In this document: positions 40,148 through 51,261 of the stretch, piece after piece
How the letters are laid out: every line of letters begins with the position of its first letter
How positions within the stretch are numbered: the stretch's first letter is position 1
DNA from: Paraphysomonas bandaiensis
Taxonomy: Eukaryota; Protista; Chrysophyceae
DNA: 64,000 nucleotides
Direction: 5' to 3'
NCBI GenBank assembly: GCA_965644295.1
Contig: CBFFRP010000024.1
Coordinates: 11,885 to 75,884 of the forward strand
The notes under the pieces: model-generated
The model's input: the letters and a program-made list of their open reading frames with translations, nothing else
Databases searched by the model: none
What the model was told of the DNA's origin: nothing
Program-made: the position numbers and the translations under genes

Positions 40148-40801
40148 CTACGGATGAAAACTTGCTTTATTAAATTCAGTGGCTCCAAGCGACATAGCCA
40201 AGGCCCGAACACCACTGATGTTAACGTCGGGCCGTTCCACAGCAGTACATTCCACTTCTAATCCAGCTTCCACACATGCAATCACAAAAGAACAAACATC
40301 GCCAAACTTGGCATCGGTAGTAGGCTTCATAATTTCCTGATGCTGCTTTGGGTTGTCACTGTTAAGGCTAATGCACATTTTATCGATCCCTGAATCACGC
40401 AGTCTTAATGCAAGATCGGATGCATCAGAACTAGACACGAGACCATTGGTTTTTATCCGCAATGGAACACCATGTCGTTTATCTTTAATCATGGTAGCAG
40501 CATCACATATAACTTCAGCTCTAAGAAGTGGTTCTCCATATCCCGCAAAGGTTACTTGTTCCGAATCCATGGAGCTGACCGCAATTTTACCAGCCTCGAA
40601 AGCTTGATCAACAGCATCAAAAATCATATCACTGGTGGGTTCAAAATCCGTGTCATTTTCATAACTCAGTTTACAAAATCCTGATTCTGAAGGCATAGTA
40701 AACGACGGTCCACGTAACACCACAGGTGACAGAGAGTTCACTCTGTTGGTCACTGACACATAGAGATTGCCTCGTAACCAGTAGGTAAGTCCACGTATCA
40801 T
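40148..40801 (-). CDS. TatD-associated radical-SAM-like protein lacking the CxxxCxxC motif
   Basis: LTYWLRGNLYVSVTNR, VTFAGYGEPLLR, LRIKTNGL, ISLNSDNPKQHQEIMKP, VECTAV. Confidence 0.75.
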   Translation of the reverse strand: MIRGLTYWLRGNLYVSVTNRVNSLSPVVLRGPSFTMPSESGFCKLSYENDTDFEPTSDMIFDAVDQAFEAGKIAVSSMDSEQVTFAGYGEPLLRAEVICDAATMIKDKRHGVPLRIKTNGLVSSSDASDLALRLRDSGIDKMCISLNSDNPKQHQEIMKPTTDAKFGDVCSFVIACVEAGLEVECTAVERPDVNISGVRALAMSLGATEFNKASFHP

Positions 40802-41072
40802 CAATCTTTATCGTGGCATAATATACGTCTACTCTCCAATTGGAATAATAGTTCCGAGCTGAGAGCTGTCAGAATCATACATGACTGTGTGTTGAGCTCT
40901 GTACAATGCGATATGGCGATATATATACGTATCACTGTGCTGTATGCTACTGTATACTGCATACTCCTGCAGGATTTTTTTTGGTTTGCGACACCACTCA
41001 GTAGTTCTTATTGTAGTTTATTGTATTATCGTGTATACCATTTACTACTCGATCCTGTAAAGATACACGCAT

Positions 41073-41359
41073 CGTAGAGGAATGAGAGGATGTTCTTTTC
41101 AGTTTAGTACTTGAAGTGACTGTATAAGATATGCATAGGGCACATAGAGGTGTATGGTGTTATGTTATGCAGTGTGTAGTGTACGGCTGTAGAATAGAGG
41201 CATAATTTCCTCTTACTGAGAAGTTCTGTAGTAACGATAAAGAGAACCTTGCTTTGACTACCTGTAGTGTAGACTGTGTGAAAGCAACGGGGGTATTCCG
41301 TCCGTTTATTGATTTGTAACATCCGTAACATTCGACCGAGTACCGTATTTTTCTCTGCG
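41073..41359 (+). repeat. 5' LTR of the copia element
   Basis: Direct repeat of 45771-46057; starts CGTAGAG, ends CTCTGCG. Confidence 0.95.
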
Positions 41360-41371
41360 TAAGAGGAAATT

Positions 41372-44300
41372 ATGAAGAAGACAACGAACGACAAGCCAAC
41401 AAGATTTGCAAGATTCGGCAAGAAACCGAGCACCGATAGACCAGAACATGTACCGACTTTAAGATATGGTGCCAACTCAAACTTCGCCACATTCAAACAG
41501 AGGCTTGTAGTGGTGGGCATGCAAAAGTACGGTGATCTTGCACGCCTAGTAGAGCTGGACAAATATTATGAGCCCGATGCGATAAACCCAGAGGATTTTG
41601 ATTTGGAAGACGACCCCTATGGAGTTAACCTCGACCTGATGAAGGACAAGACCAAGACCAGAGGGAGATTAATAGACAAGATGCGGAACGATAGATCGGC
41701 ATTCTACTCATTCATGGTAGACCATCTGAGCCACGAATCAATGGATGCAGTCAAGCTATTAGATGAATACGAGCTCATGAACAGGACTAAGGATCCTCTA
41801 CTACTATGGCTGGCTATCAAACAAACCCACAAAGTATCCACTAACTCCAGCGTAAGTACAGTGGTACGAGCAGAAGCGAGGAAAAGGTACAAAGACGCTA
41901 AACAGGGAGCATATGAGAGTATAGTTACTTATAAGGAGAGGTTTGATCATCTATTAGAAGCCTACAAAGACATGAACAACGCGGAAATGAATGAAGAGGA
42001 CATCGCGATGGATTTCTTCGAAGGGCTGGACGACACGAGATATGGCGAGTTCAAAACTAGCTATCTCAACGATCTAACAATGGGAACGCAAACAGCACCT
42101 ACACACGTAAATGAAATATATACTAAAGCATCAAAATATCTAACGCCGAAGAGAGCAACGAGAGCAGGCGGCGGATCTGCATTCGTGAGCAAATCGAAGT
42201 CTGAGAAAGGCAAGAAATCAGCAGATAGCGATGATACACCAGAGCAGCAACAAGGGAACGACACGAAGTCGCACAACAGCAAACGTGGTCAGAAAAAAAG
42301 GCAGCTCATATGTTGGGGCTGCGGTGAGCCAGGCCACAGAATGAACGAATGTCCCGACAGCAGTCAAGAATCAGAAAACAAGCACTGCACGACAACAATG
42401 TTGAACGCCTTCACGTCAGGAAGCGAGCCATTCCAATGGTACGAAGTATTACTCGACAATCAGGCGGATGTCTCGGTAGTACACCCAAGACTACTGAACA
42501 ATGAAAGACCGGCGTCCAGAGGATGCACCGTGGCGGGATTATCGGGACACGCACTGGAACTACCGAATGTAGGCGAGCTAGACCAATTCTTCACCTGTAA
42601 GACAGCAGATGAGCTAAGGGCAAGCGTACTATGTCAGGCGGACGTAGAAGACATATATGAAGTGACATATAGGCAGGGAGAGTCTTTCACTGTGCACTTA
42701 CCTGACAGTGATTTGACTTTCTATCGAAAGAACAAGATGTATGTGGCCGACATGCGCGACTGGGCGACGGCCAAAGTCAACGTAACGACTGTAGCGGAGC
42801 GCGAAGCCCAATATTCGAAAGTAGAAGTCGCGAGAGCGCGAGAAGCACGAGACCTGATCCGAAACTCGGGCTTCGACTCGGAGAGAGATGCTGTGCAGCT
42901 AGTGAGCGACGGAAACGTTACAGGGGTGCGACTTACCCCGAGTGATATCAGAAGAGCTTTTGACATATATGGGAGACCGTTCGAAGCGGTGAGAGGCAAG
43001 CAGACGAATAAGAAAGTCAGCCGGCAATACGCGGATCCGGAACTGAAGGCAGAACAGCAGAAGGAGCAAAGGCTGTACACAGACATCTTCAGTGTGAGAC
43101 AGCAATCGTTCATGCTCACACTAGCGGAACCATTGGGACTAACCATCGTTACTTCACTCGAAAACGAAACAACGGATCAGTTGGGATTGGCCTTACAGGA
43201 ACAAGTAAACCTGTTAAGAAGCTACGGATATATACCGACAGTTACCTACCTGGACCCTCAGCCGGGATTCAAGGCCCTGAGAGGCAAAATCTCAGGGATG
43301 GAGATTGACGTGGCAGGGGCTGGAGATCACCTGGACAAGATCGACGCGAAGATTAGGCGACTCAAAGAGACAATACGCAGTGTACATTCAGGGCTACCAT
43401 GGAACCTACCAGATGCCAACGTCAGAGACCTGGTGAGATACGCCAACAGCCGCATGAACTTGAGGAGGCCATCCACCAATGGCACAACTGTAGCACCGCG
43501 AGTGGCATTGACTGGTCGGAAACCCAATTATAAAAAGGAACTGTCACTGGCTTTTGGGGACTACGTAGAATGTTATGACCCGAAGGTCAAGAGCAATAAC
43601 GCGGAGCAGGCCAGAACAGAACCATGTATCGCGCTGTATCCATCCGGCAACGCAAACGGGAGTTGGATATTTTTAAACCTTAAAACAAATAAATATGTGA
43701 GTAGGACCAACTGGGTGAAGATGGTGACCACGCAAATAGTAATAGACGCCGTGAACAGAATATCGTCATTGCACAACAAGTCACACTCACCTGTCACGAC
43801 CAGCGAGAATGAGAGTCGAGAGATCGAGGATACCACGCCACCAGCTGAGAATGACGAGATCGATAAGCCGAAGGAGCCTCACGAGGAGGGGCAGATGACA
43901 GCCATTGACACAGACGAAGGGCACGGCCACACAGAAGAGAGAGAGAGAACAAAAATCACGGAACTAGTCGACGATGATGGCGACAGGGCTGATGGGCCGA
44001 GCGAACAGGAACCGGGCGCTGCAACACCCAACGACATCGACGATCCGGAAATTACAGGGGTGGAAACTACAGGGATGACACACAATACAAGCGAAGTACT
44101 ATCATCACCATCAGCCGGAGCAAGGATAGCGGCAGGCACAAGAAGAAAGCCCGTAATGTATCGAGCCTATCACACAAGCGTAACCAAAGGTTTAAAGGAA
44201 CACGGCAAAGAAGCCTACCTGGCGATAGTACGGGAGCTGAAGCAGCTGCTGCATGAAAAAAAGGCGATAGTTCCAGTACACCGGAGTGACCTGTCAAAGA

Positions 44301-45754
44301 CTCAACTCAAACGAACAATTCGATCGCTGATGTTTTTGAAGACGAAATACGACGGACTCGGAAGGTTCGAGAAAATCAAGGCGAGGCTGGTTGCGAACGG
44401 GGCACAGCAGGATCGGAAACTGTACCCAGACACGTCGTCACCCACTGTGGACATACAGTCAGTATTTGCATGCCTAGCAATAGCAGCGAGAGAGGGGAGA
44501 CATGTATCGACAATTGATATAGGTGGTGCATACCTCAATGCGGAGATGTCAGGCGAAGAGGTAATAATGGAATTGGAGCCGATGTTGGCCACAATACTCA
44601 GAAAACTAGACCCCACAATCCAGCCGTATGTTGATGAAAGAGGCAAAATATTGGTGCGCCTAGACAAAGCGTTATATGGATGCGTGCAGAGCGCCAAGCT
44701 CTGGTACAACACGATAAGAGCTTACCTGGAGAGCATTGGTTTCGTGGCTAACCCGGTGGATCAGTGTGTTCTCAATAGGACTGTCAACGGCAAGCAGTGC
44801 ACTATAACACTACACGTGGACGATCTGCTAGTGCTATCACAAGACAAGCGTGACACCGAGTGGTTGGTGGAACAACTAAAGAAACAATATGGTGAGGTAA
44901 AATACTGTGATGAGAAAGACATGTCGTATTTAGGTATGCATGTGAGCATGATAGATGACAGGGCAGTGGTGTCAATGAGGGCTTACCTAGACGGAGTGCT
45001 GGAGGAGGCAGCGGTCACTGGCAGAGCAGCATCTCCAGCGACATCATCACTGTTCGCAGAGGGCGCAGGACAGAAATTGGGGAGGAAGGAGGCTGCCAAT
45101 TTCCATTCAGTGGTGGCCAAATTGCTATATCTGTCAATAAGAGTTAGACCAGACATCCTGCTCAGTATAGCGTACCTCACAACAAGAGTGAAGGGTCCGA
45201 CAATCGGAGATCAGCAGAAGTTGAATCGAGTGCTGAAATACCTTGCGCACACAAGGGATCAAGATCTGCAGCTGAAGATTGGAGAACAGCTGCGGGTAAG
45301 AAGCTTCATCGACGCTTCGTTCGCCACCCACGAAGACGGAAAAGGGCATACAGGCGTAGTTGTACAGCTTGGAGGGGCCACAGTACTATGCCGATCAACT
45401 AAGCAGCGAATCGTGACGAAGGACTCGACCGAATCCGAGCTGGTCGGCCTATCTGATATGATGTCTAATGCAATGAGATTACATGAGTTTGTGTGTGGGC
45501 AGGGCTATGCGCTTGACCCACCTGTTATTTATCAGGACAACTTGTCGAATCTCAGTCTCGTAACGAAAGGAGGAGGCAAATACCGATCGAAATATCTACG
45601 AGTAAGGCAGGCTTTAGTCGAAGAACACCATGATAGGGGAGACGTGAAGCTTCAGTACTTACCTACAGGAGAGATGTTGGCTGATGTGCTGACTAAACCC
45701 CTACAAGGAAAATTGTTTCGTCATTTGATATGTCTGATCGTTGGGAACGAGTAG
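41372..45754 (+). CDS. Copia Gag-Pol polyprotein (gag, CCHC knuckle, protease, integrase, RT, RNase H)
   Basis: CWGCGEPGHRMNEC, LLDNQADVSV, integrase before RT, KARLVANG, DIGGAYLNA, KALYGCVQSA, LHVDDLL, FIDASFATH, ADVLTKPL. Confidence 0.97.
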   Translation: MKKTTNDKPTRFARFGKKPSTDRPEHVPTLRYGANSNFATFKQRLVVVGMQKYGDLARLVELDKYYEPDAINPEDFDLEDDPYGVNLDLMKDKTKTRGRLIDKMRNDRSAFYSFMVDHLSHESMDAVKLLDEYELMNRTKDPLLLWLAIKQTHKVSTNSSVSTVVRAEARKRYKDAKQGAYESIVTYKERFDHLLEAYKDMNNAEMNEEDIAMDFFEGLDDTRYGEFKTSYLNDLTMGTQTAPTHVNEIYTKASKYLTPKRATRAGGGSAFVSKSKSEKGKKSADSDDTPEQQQGNDTKSHNSKRGQKKRQLICWGCGEPGHRMNECPDSSQESENKHCTTTMLNAFTSGSEPFQWYEVLLDNQADVSVVHPRLLNNERPASRGCTVAGLSGHALELPNVGELDQFFTCKTADELRASVLCQADVEDIYEVTYRQGESFTVHLPDSDLTFYRKNKMYVADMRDWATAKVNVTTVAEREAQYSKVEVARAREARDLIRNSGFDSERDAVQLVSDGNVTGVRLTPSDIRRAFDIYGRPFEAVRGKQTNKKVSRQYADPELKAEQQKEQRLYTDIFSVRQQSFMLTLAEPLGLTIVTSLENETTDQLGLALQEQVNLLRSYGYIPTVTYLDPQPGFKALRGKISGMEIDVAGAGDHLDKIDAKIRRLKETIRSVHSGLPWNLPDANVRDLVRYANSRMNLRRPSTNGTTVAPRVALTGRKPNYKKELSLAFGDYVECYDPKVKSNNAEQARTEPCIALYPSGNANGSWIFLNLKTNKYVSRTNWVKMVTTQIVIDAVNRISSLHNKSHSPVTTSENESREIEDTTPPAENDEIDKPKEPHEEGQMTAIDTDEGHGHTEERERTKITELVDDDGDRADGPSEQEPGAATPNDIDDPEITGVETTGMTHNTSEVLSSPSAGARIAAGTRRKPVMYRAYHTSVTKGLKEHGKEAYLAIVRELKQLLHEKKAIVPVHRSDLSKTQLKRTIRSLMFLKTKYDGLGRFEKIKARLVANGAQQDRKLYPDTSSPTVDIQSVFACLAIAAREGRHVSTIDIGGAYLNAEMSGEEVIMELEPMLATILRKLDPTIQPYVDERGKILVRLDKALYGCVQSAKLWYNTIRAYLESIGFVANPVDQCVLNRTVNGKQCTITLHVDDLLVLSQDKRDTEWLVEQLKKQYGEVKYCDEKDMSYLGMHVSMIDDRAVVSMRAYLDGVLEEAAVTGRAASPATSSLFAEGAGQKLGRKEAANFHSVVAKLLYLSIRVRPDILLSIAYLTTRVKGPTIGDQQKLNRVLKYLAHTRDQDLQLKIGEQLRVRSFIDASFATHEDGKGHTGVVVQLGGATVLCRSTKQRIVTKDSTESELVGLSDMMSNAMRLHEFVCGQGYALDPPVIYQDNLSNLSLVTKGGGKYRSKYLRVRQALVEEHHDRGDVKLQYLPTGEMLADVLTKPLQGKLFRHLICLIVGNE

Positions 45755-45770
45755 ACACATCACAGGGGTG

Positions 45771-46057
45771 CGTAGAGGAATGAGAGGATGTTCTTTTCAG
45801 TTTAGTACTTGAAGTGACTGTATAAGATATGCATAGGGCACATAGAGGTGTATGGTGTTATGTTATGCAGTGTGTAGTGTACGGCTGTAGAATAGAGGCA
45901 TAATTTCCTCTTACTGAGAAGTTCTGTAGTAACGATAAAGAGAACCTTGCTTTGACTACCTGTAGTGTAGACTGTGTGAAAGCAACGGGGGTATTCCGTC
46001 CGTTTATTGATTTGTAACATCCGTAACATTCGACCGAGTACCGTATTTTTCTCTGCG
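45771..46057 (+). repeat. 3' LTR of the copia element
   Basis: Direct repeat of 41073-41359. Confidence 0.95.
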
Positions 46058-47004
46058 CGCATAGTGGTACTTAACTCACACATATGATGCAAGGTATGTG
46101 TATATTAAAGTGTTGACCTCATTAATGTATTCATATTCTATATCGACAAGATAGCAGTACTGTTTTTCAAGTTGACTGTATGCTACATATACATATGAGT
46201 GTATCGAGGACTAATCTATTCGTATATATATCTGATCACACCACATGCAATCGATAGCATCAATAGAGGAATCAATAGAGGAGTCTTTAGAATTACCCCG
46301 CTCCATAAAACATTCGAAATCCTGTATGTCAAGAATGGAATCGAAAAGATGCATACTCCATACATAACACAACTGAAGCTTTTGTTTTACTCTCAGACAT
46401 CTAGTTGTGGTAAACTTAGAAATGATTTCACCACATATATCACAATTTCTATATATTTTCAATACAACATAGTCTTAATAATCACCAAATTCTATAACTG
46501 AACTCGCTCATAAGTGATGTTGTTTCAATCTCAGTGAAAAGAACTCATAGTAAAGTAGGCAAACTTGTGTCGTAGTTATAAAGGAATAAAAGTCTTTTAC
46601 AAAGACATGCATCATTGTGATCATTTAGGGGTTGAGCTGCGAGCATATGATAACCAAAGAATGACTGAATAACAGATGTCCACCAGCTAGTGTACGAAGC
46701 AATGTAATATAAATTGCTTGGATCAATAATAACATTTTTTTCTTAACAAGTATTAAGCATGGTATACCACAAAGCAAGTTTAAGGATACATAGTAAGAGG
46801 ATACAATGCATTCATTTCCACCATAATCGGAGGGGGTAGCGAAGTATTTAGTGTACTATGCGCTTCCATCTTTTAATTACGGCGGCAACAATAAGTACAA
46901 CTACACGAATACTCAACTAATTCCGCCCATTATAATGTAGCAAACAAGTACTATAGCACACCCTAATTACGCAGTTACCTATTCATACAAATTTATAAAA
47001 TAGA

Positions 47005-49465
47005 TCAAGACAAGCACTTATAAGACATCCGCATTCTCGTCGTGCACTGCAGCTTCGCACTGGCAGAATTTTGCGGATTTACAATATCCAACAAGTCCCG
47101 CCTTATACCGTCAAATTCATTTGAAACATTAGCTCCAAACCCTGATAAACTATACGAGCACTTTTTGCATGCTCCTCGAGTCCCATTCCATCCTAGAAAC
47201 TTAGATATTAACTGGGAGTTGTAGTGGCACCCAAAGTGCCACGGTCCTTGAGATAAATGTCTTGATGATAGAAATAGAGGCTTCAATAATTCAGAAAACC
47301 GAAATACCTAGCACAACATTTCATACTCCGGAATTCAAGTACAAGAATCATACCTCAAAATATATTATGCCATCAAGCCGCTTAATAGAAGAGTGTTCGA
47401 TCGAGTTTGGAGCTGAAGGAGTGGCACTGATGACAGAATTACCCCCAGCGGGTAGATCAAACAAGTCCAGTCCATTTCCTTCCCCACTGTTTGATTCAGT
47501 AAAGTCGTCATCGCCATTATTCACCTTGCTCTGAGAATCATTCGACATATGTTGTGCTCTATTCGTAATAGCGCGGTCCACCTATACAGCACCCTTACTC
47601 TGGAAAAAGGCAACATAAGCTAACCGCACCTCACAGAGTGTTAGGCGTAACTTCATCAAAATTTCTGAGCGGTTAGGGGGTCGTCGTGGTCGAAATAGTA
47701 ACGTATACAGCCCATATATCCCCCCTCCTGCCCGAAGTATATATAAGTGCGTGTAATCGAGGTTATATTGAATCATACCCATTATCGCAATTCCAGGAAT
47801 AGCTGCGGTGACAGCCATTGTCAATTCATTCGACCTCAGCACCTAAAAGAAATATGTTAAAAGGTATCTTCCATTACAGCAAATTGCTGTATTCTCATCA
47901 CCTTGTCCATTGTTAGCATTGCAGCCTCCATGTGAACTTTTAACTTCTGCATCTGACAAACAGAAACACATATTAGGACTGTCAGTATACATTGAAAGTA
48001 AAGTACACCTGAATAAGCATGGCAGATATTAAATTCCCAAATAGCAAGCTTCTCACGGGGTTAGACAACTCCTGATGACAAATATTATAAAACTGTTACA
48101 TGGGGAGCTGGTAAAAACAAACCGCTTCATAGCTTTTCATTAGGTTTTCCATAGCAGCATCATCAAACCCCATATCTGGACGATAAAGTTGTCCCGGAGT
48201 TCCTAATTATATAGCACTCAATACTGCACCACAGAATACGAAACTGAAATCTCACCAAGAACACGGGATGAATAATCATATAGCATTCGCTTGAGAGTCT
48301 CCCGACTCTGGTTTAGATCTTCAACAGTCACAATTTCGTCTCGCCTATATGCAGTATACATCTAACCATAACGTTTGATATGCAGAACACACAAACCTGC
48401 GAAGGGTATCGACAAGCTCATTCACTAAAGCAGCTACAGACAATAATACGATGATTTCATAAACGGAACACAAATTTAACAAGAATCCCACCAACCTATC
48501 GGATCCATTACATGTTCTTTAACATTCGATTGTACTATAAGGACAACTTTATCAATAAACCGACTCATGTTGCCATTCAAAGTGTGGCGGATTCCGTTCA
48601 CAGCGACGTATGCAGAAAATGCTCCTATCACCGCATATCTCATCCAATAACGCTGAAAATGGGTCGGACGACGAACAAAGTTGGCCATCACAGTGGCTGG
48701 CCATTCAGACTACAACAAGTCATATATTACATTATACAAGAGCTATAAAAGAATCACCTCTGCTTCACAGACCGTGCGCCTCGCCTGATCACATTTCTCC
48801 GCCAAGTCGGCACACGGCGACAATATCTCATGATGTCTCTTGACTGATGATGAACCATCCTCAAGGTTCAGGTACGGCTCATCTAAAGCTCCCAATCCTG
48901 CGATAAGCGTGTCCAGACAATGTGCAATATGCTCTTGACTTGATGAGTAAAACCTCAGTTTTGCATCATGTGACATTTTACTACCAGACGTAATTTCTTC
49001 AGACGATTGCGCAAATGATCGACTGGGAGATTTGCTAGTAGCAATAGCATAGTCAGTTGATATCTTTCGTAGTTCTGCCCCACAATGATGCAAGGAGCCT
49101 AACAATGCTGCAAAACTATTGAATGTAGAATATAATATTGATAATCTCAAGTCAACAGTCCCATCATCACTTGGAACTGCTTTTTCAAAAAGACAACGTC
49201 GAAGCATAGAAAGAAAATGTAGTGGTCCTTGATAAAGAAAATTGATACATACACTTTCAAATGGTGTGGCTTCAGCAACAGCTCTCCAATATTCAATTTC
49301 ATGAAATATAACAAGCATTTCACGATTAATTAAATCAACACTTCTTTGTAAAAGTTCAAATGTTGTACTACATATATATGCTAGATTAGTATCTTGTCGA
49401 AGTTTAAATACAATTTCTTTGGCCATAAAGATATCAATACCAGCAACTGGTATAGTTAAACTCAT
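47005..49465 (-). CDS. NCA2: Nuclear control of ATPase protein 2 (NCA2-like), multi-exon
   Basis: RRPTHFQRYWMRY, GNLISAMLIQ|MQKLKVHMEAAMLTMDK|VLRSNELTMAVTAAIP spread over short GT-AG exons. Confidence 0.8.
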
Positions 49466-49975
49466 CTTTACTATATGAATATATATGTGTATATGTGTAT
49501 AATGAGATCTATATAATTATGAATATGATGCGTGTCTATCTACTGAACTCATCATTGTTCTTTCTAGGTATGTCTGTGTGTATGTATGTATATCCATATT
49601 GGACACTTCATAACATTATTGTAAACGAAGTGATTTGTTGGACTTCAGAATCAGATTTTTTCTTCACTTCATATACTGCTGTACGTGTATGTACTCTGTA
49701 TGTGTACCATATATAGGAGACAATATACTGGACTTTTTATATGGATATCTGATACACTGGTGTATGTGTTGCATAATATTATGAGTGAGAGTGGTGCAGG
49801 ACCTGCTGTATTCTGCTGTATTTTGTATCATAAAGAATTCTACGTACAGTATATTCTTCTCATTTCATATCGACAGAAAACCCCTAATTTATGAATAAAT
49901 ACTTGATTTCGTTCTTGTGGTGAAGAAATAGCAGTAGTTTTTGTGCGAATGGACAGTTATGTGGACGGAACTGTT

Positions 49976-50430
49976 GCAGGAATGATACTCGAGAAGTAAC
50001 AGTGTTGTCTGCAGGAGTGATACTCGAGAAGTAACAGTGTTGTCTGCAGGAGTGATACTCGAGAAGTAACAGTGTTGTCTGCAGGAGTGATACTCGAGAA
50101 GTAACAGTGTTGTCTGCAGGAGTGATACTCGAGAAGTAACAGTGTTGTCTGCAGGAGTGATACTCGAGAAGTAACAGTGTTGTCTGCAGGAGTGATACTC
50201 GAGAAGTAACAATGTTGTCTGCAGGAGTGATACTCGAGAAGTAACAGTGTTGTCTGCAGGAGTGATACTCGAGAAGTAACAGTGTTGTCTGCAGGAGTGA
50301 TACTCGAGAAGTAACAGTGTTGTCTGCAGGAGTGATACTCGAGAAGTAACAGTGTTGTCTGCAGGAGTGATACTCGAGAAGTAACAATGTTGTCTGCAGG
50401 AGTGATACTCGAGAAGTAACAATGTTGTCT
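49976..50430. repeat. 35-bp minisatellite, 13 near-perfect copies
   Basis: GCAGGAGTGATACTCGAGAAGTAAC(A)(G/A)TGTTGTCT x13 head-to-tail, no spacers. Confidence 0.97.
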
Positions 50431-51261
50431 GTTGCTGATCTCAGTGATATGGAGTACACTCCTGAATAGAGTATAATACAGATAGAGACTATGAGAGGGA
50501 TCTTGCGGAGCATATACATCCACTAAATACTGTACAGTGGTGTGTGAATAGTAATTGTAGAGGGAATGAGTAGAAGAAAGCGTATGTAACTGTCCATTGT
50601 TGCTGTGTTTAGTAATACGACCACTGCAGTATTAAAATCATGTGGAATTTGGATTCTTATGGTAAAGTAGTGATTATTGATTCTTACTGTCATACGATTT
50701 TGACTGTACCAGCATTGAATTTGAAGGCCTTTGGTGTGTTGTTGAGCAAGAGTTTAGGATGTCTGTTCTGGGGGCCGCTATGGAGATTTAGTAATACGAC
50801 AACTTTTGCATATAGTGCATCAGCTGTATTATGTTGGTAGTAGGGCCTTAATTGAGTGTGATAATGATGTTCCTATTGAACTAAAAAGTATAATTTGTTC
50901 CTACTTAATTTTGCAGATGTTCCTACTAAACTTAAATGGCAGTTGTGCCATATTTAAGTATAGTAGAATCGATAAAAATTTAGCTTAGTTGGAATGTATG
51001 CAAAATTTAGCAGGCTCAGCTGCCATTTTTATTTTAGTAATAACAAATGAAAAATTTAGTAGGGACTAATATATTTTCGCAAGTCAGAGTTATGGTGCGA
51101 ATACGAGTGCTATTGTACCATTGGCACCAATACAGTGTAATACTGCAGCACGGTTATTTTATATTTTCACATTTCTTAACTTTACCAACTGATTCAGCTC
51201 ACAATAACTGAATTAACAAATTAGAGTATTGTAGTAATATTGTTTATAGTCATTATATATA

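Larger units (their letters stand above)
41073..46057 (+). mobile_element. Full-length Ty1/copia LTR retrotransposon (CoDi-like), recently inserted
   Basis: 287-bp LTRs at 41073-41359 and 45771-46057, identical by eye. 5-bp TSD CGCAT (41068-41072 / 46058-46062). CACAGGGGTG tract before the 3' LTR. One intact ORF. Confidence 0.97.

Noticed and set aside
45769-46061. Reading the copia LTR as canonical TG(45769)...CA(46061)
   Set aside because: Those bases are absent from the 5' LTR, and the CGCAT TSD only fits the CG...CG boundaries.
49976-50430. CRISPR array, or the three 177-211 aa repeat ORFs
   Set aside because: Units are head-to-tail with no unique spacers and no cas genes nearby. The ORFs arise from a stop-free 35-bp unit.
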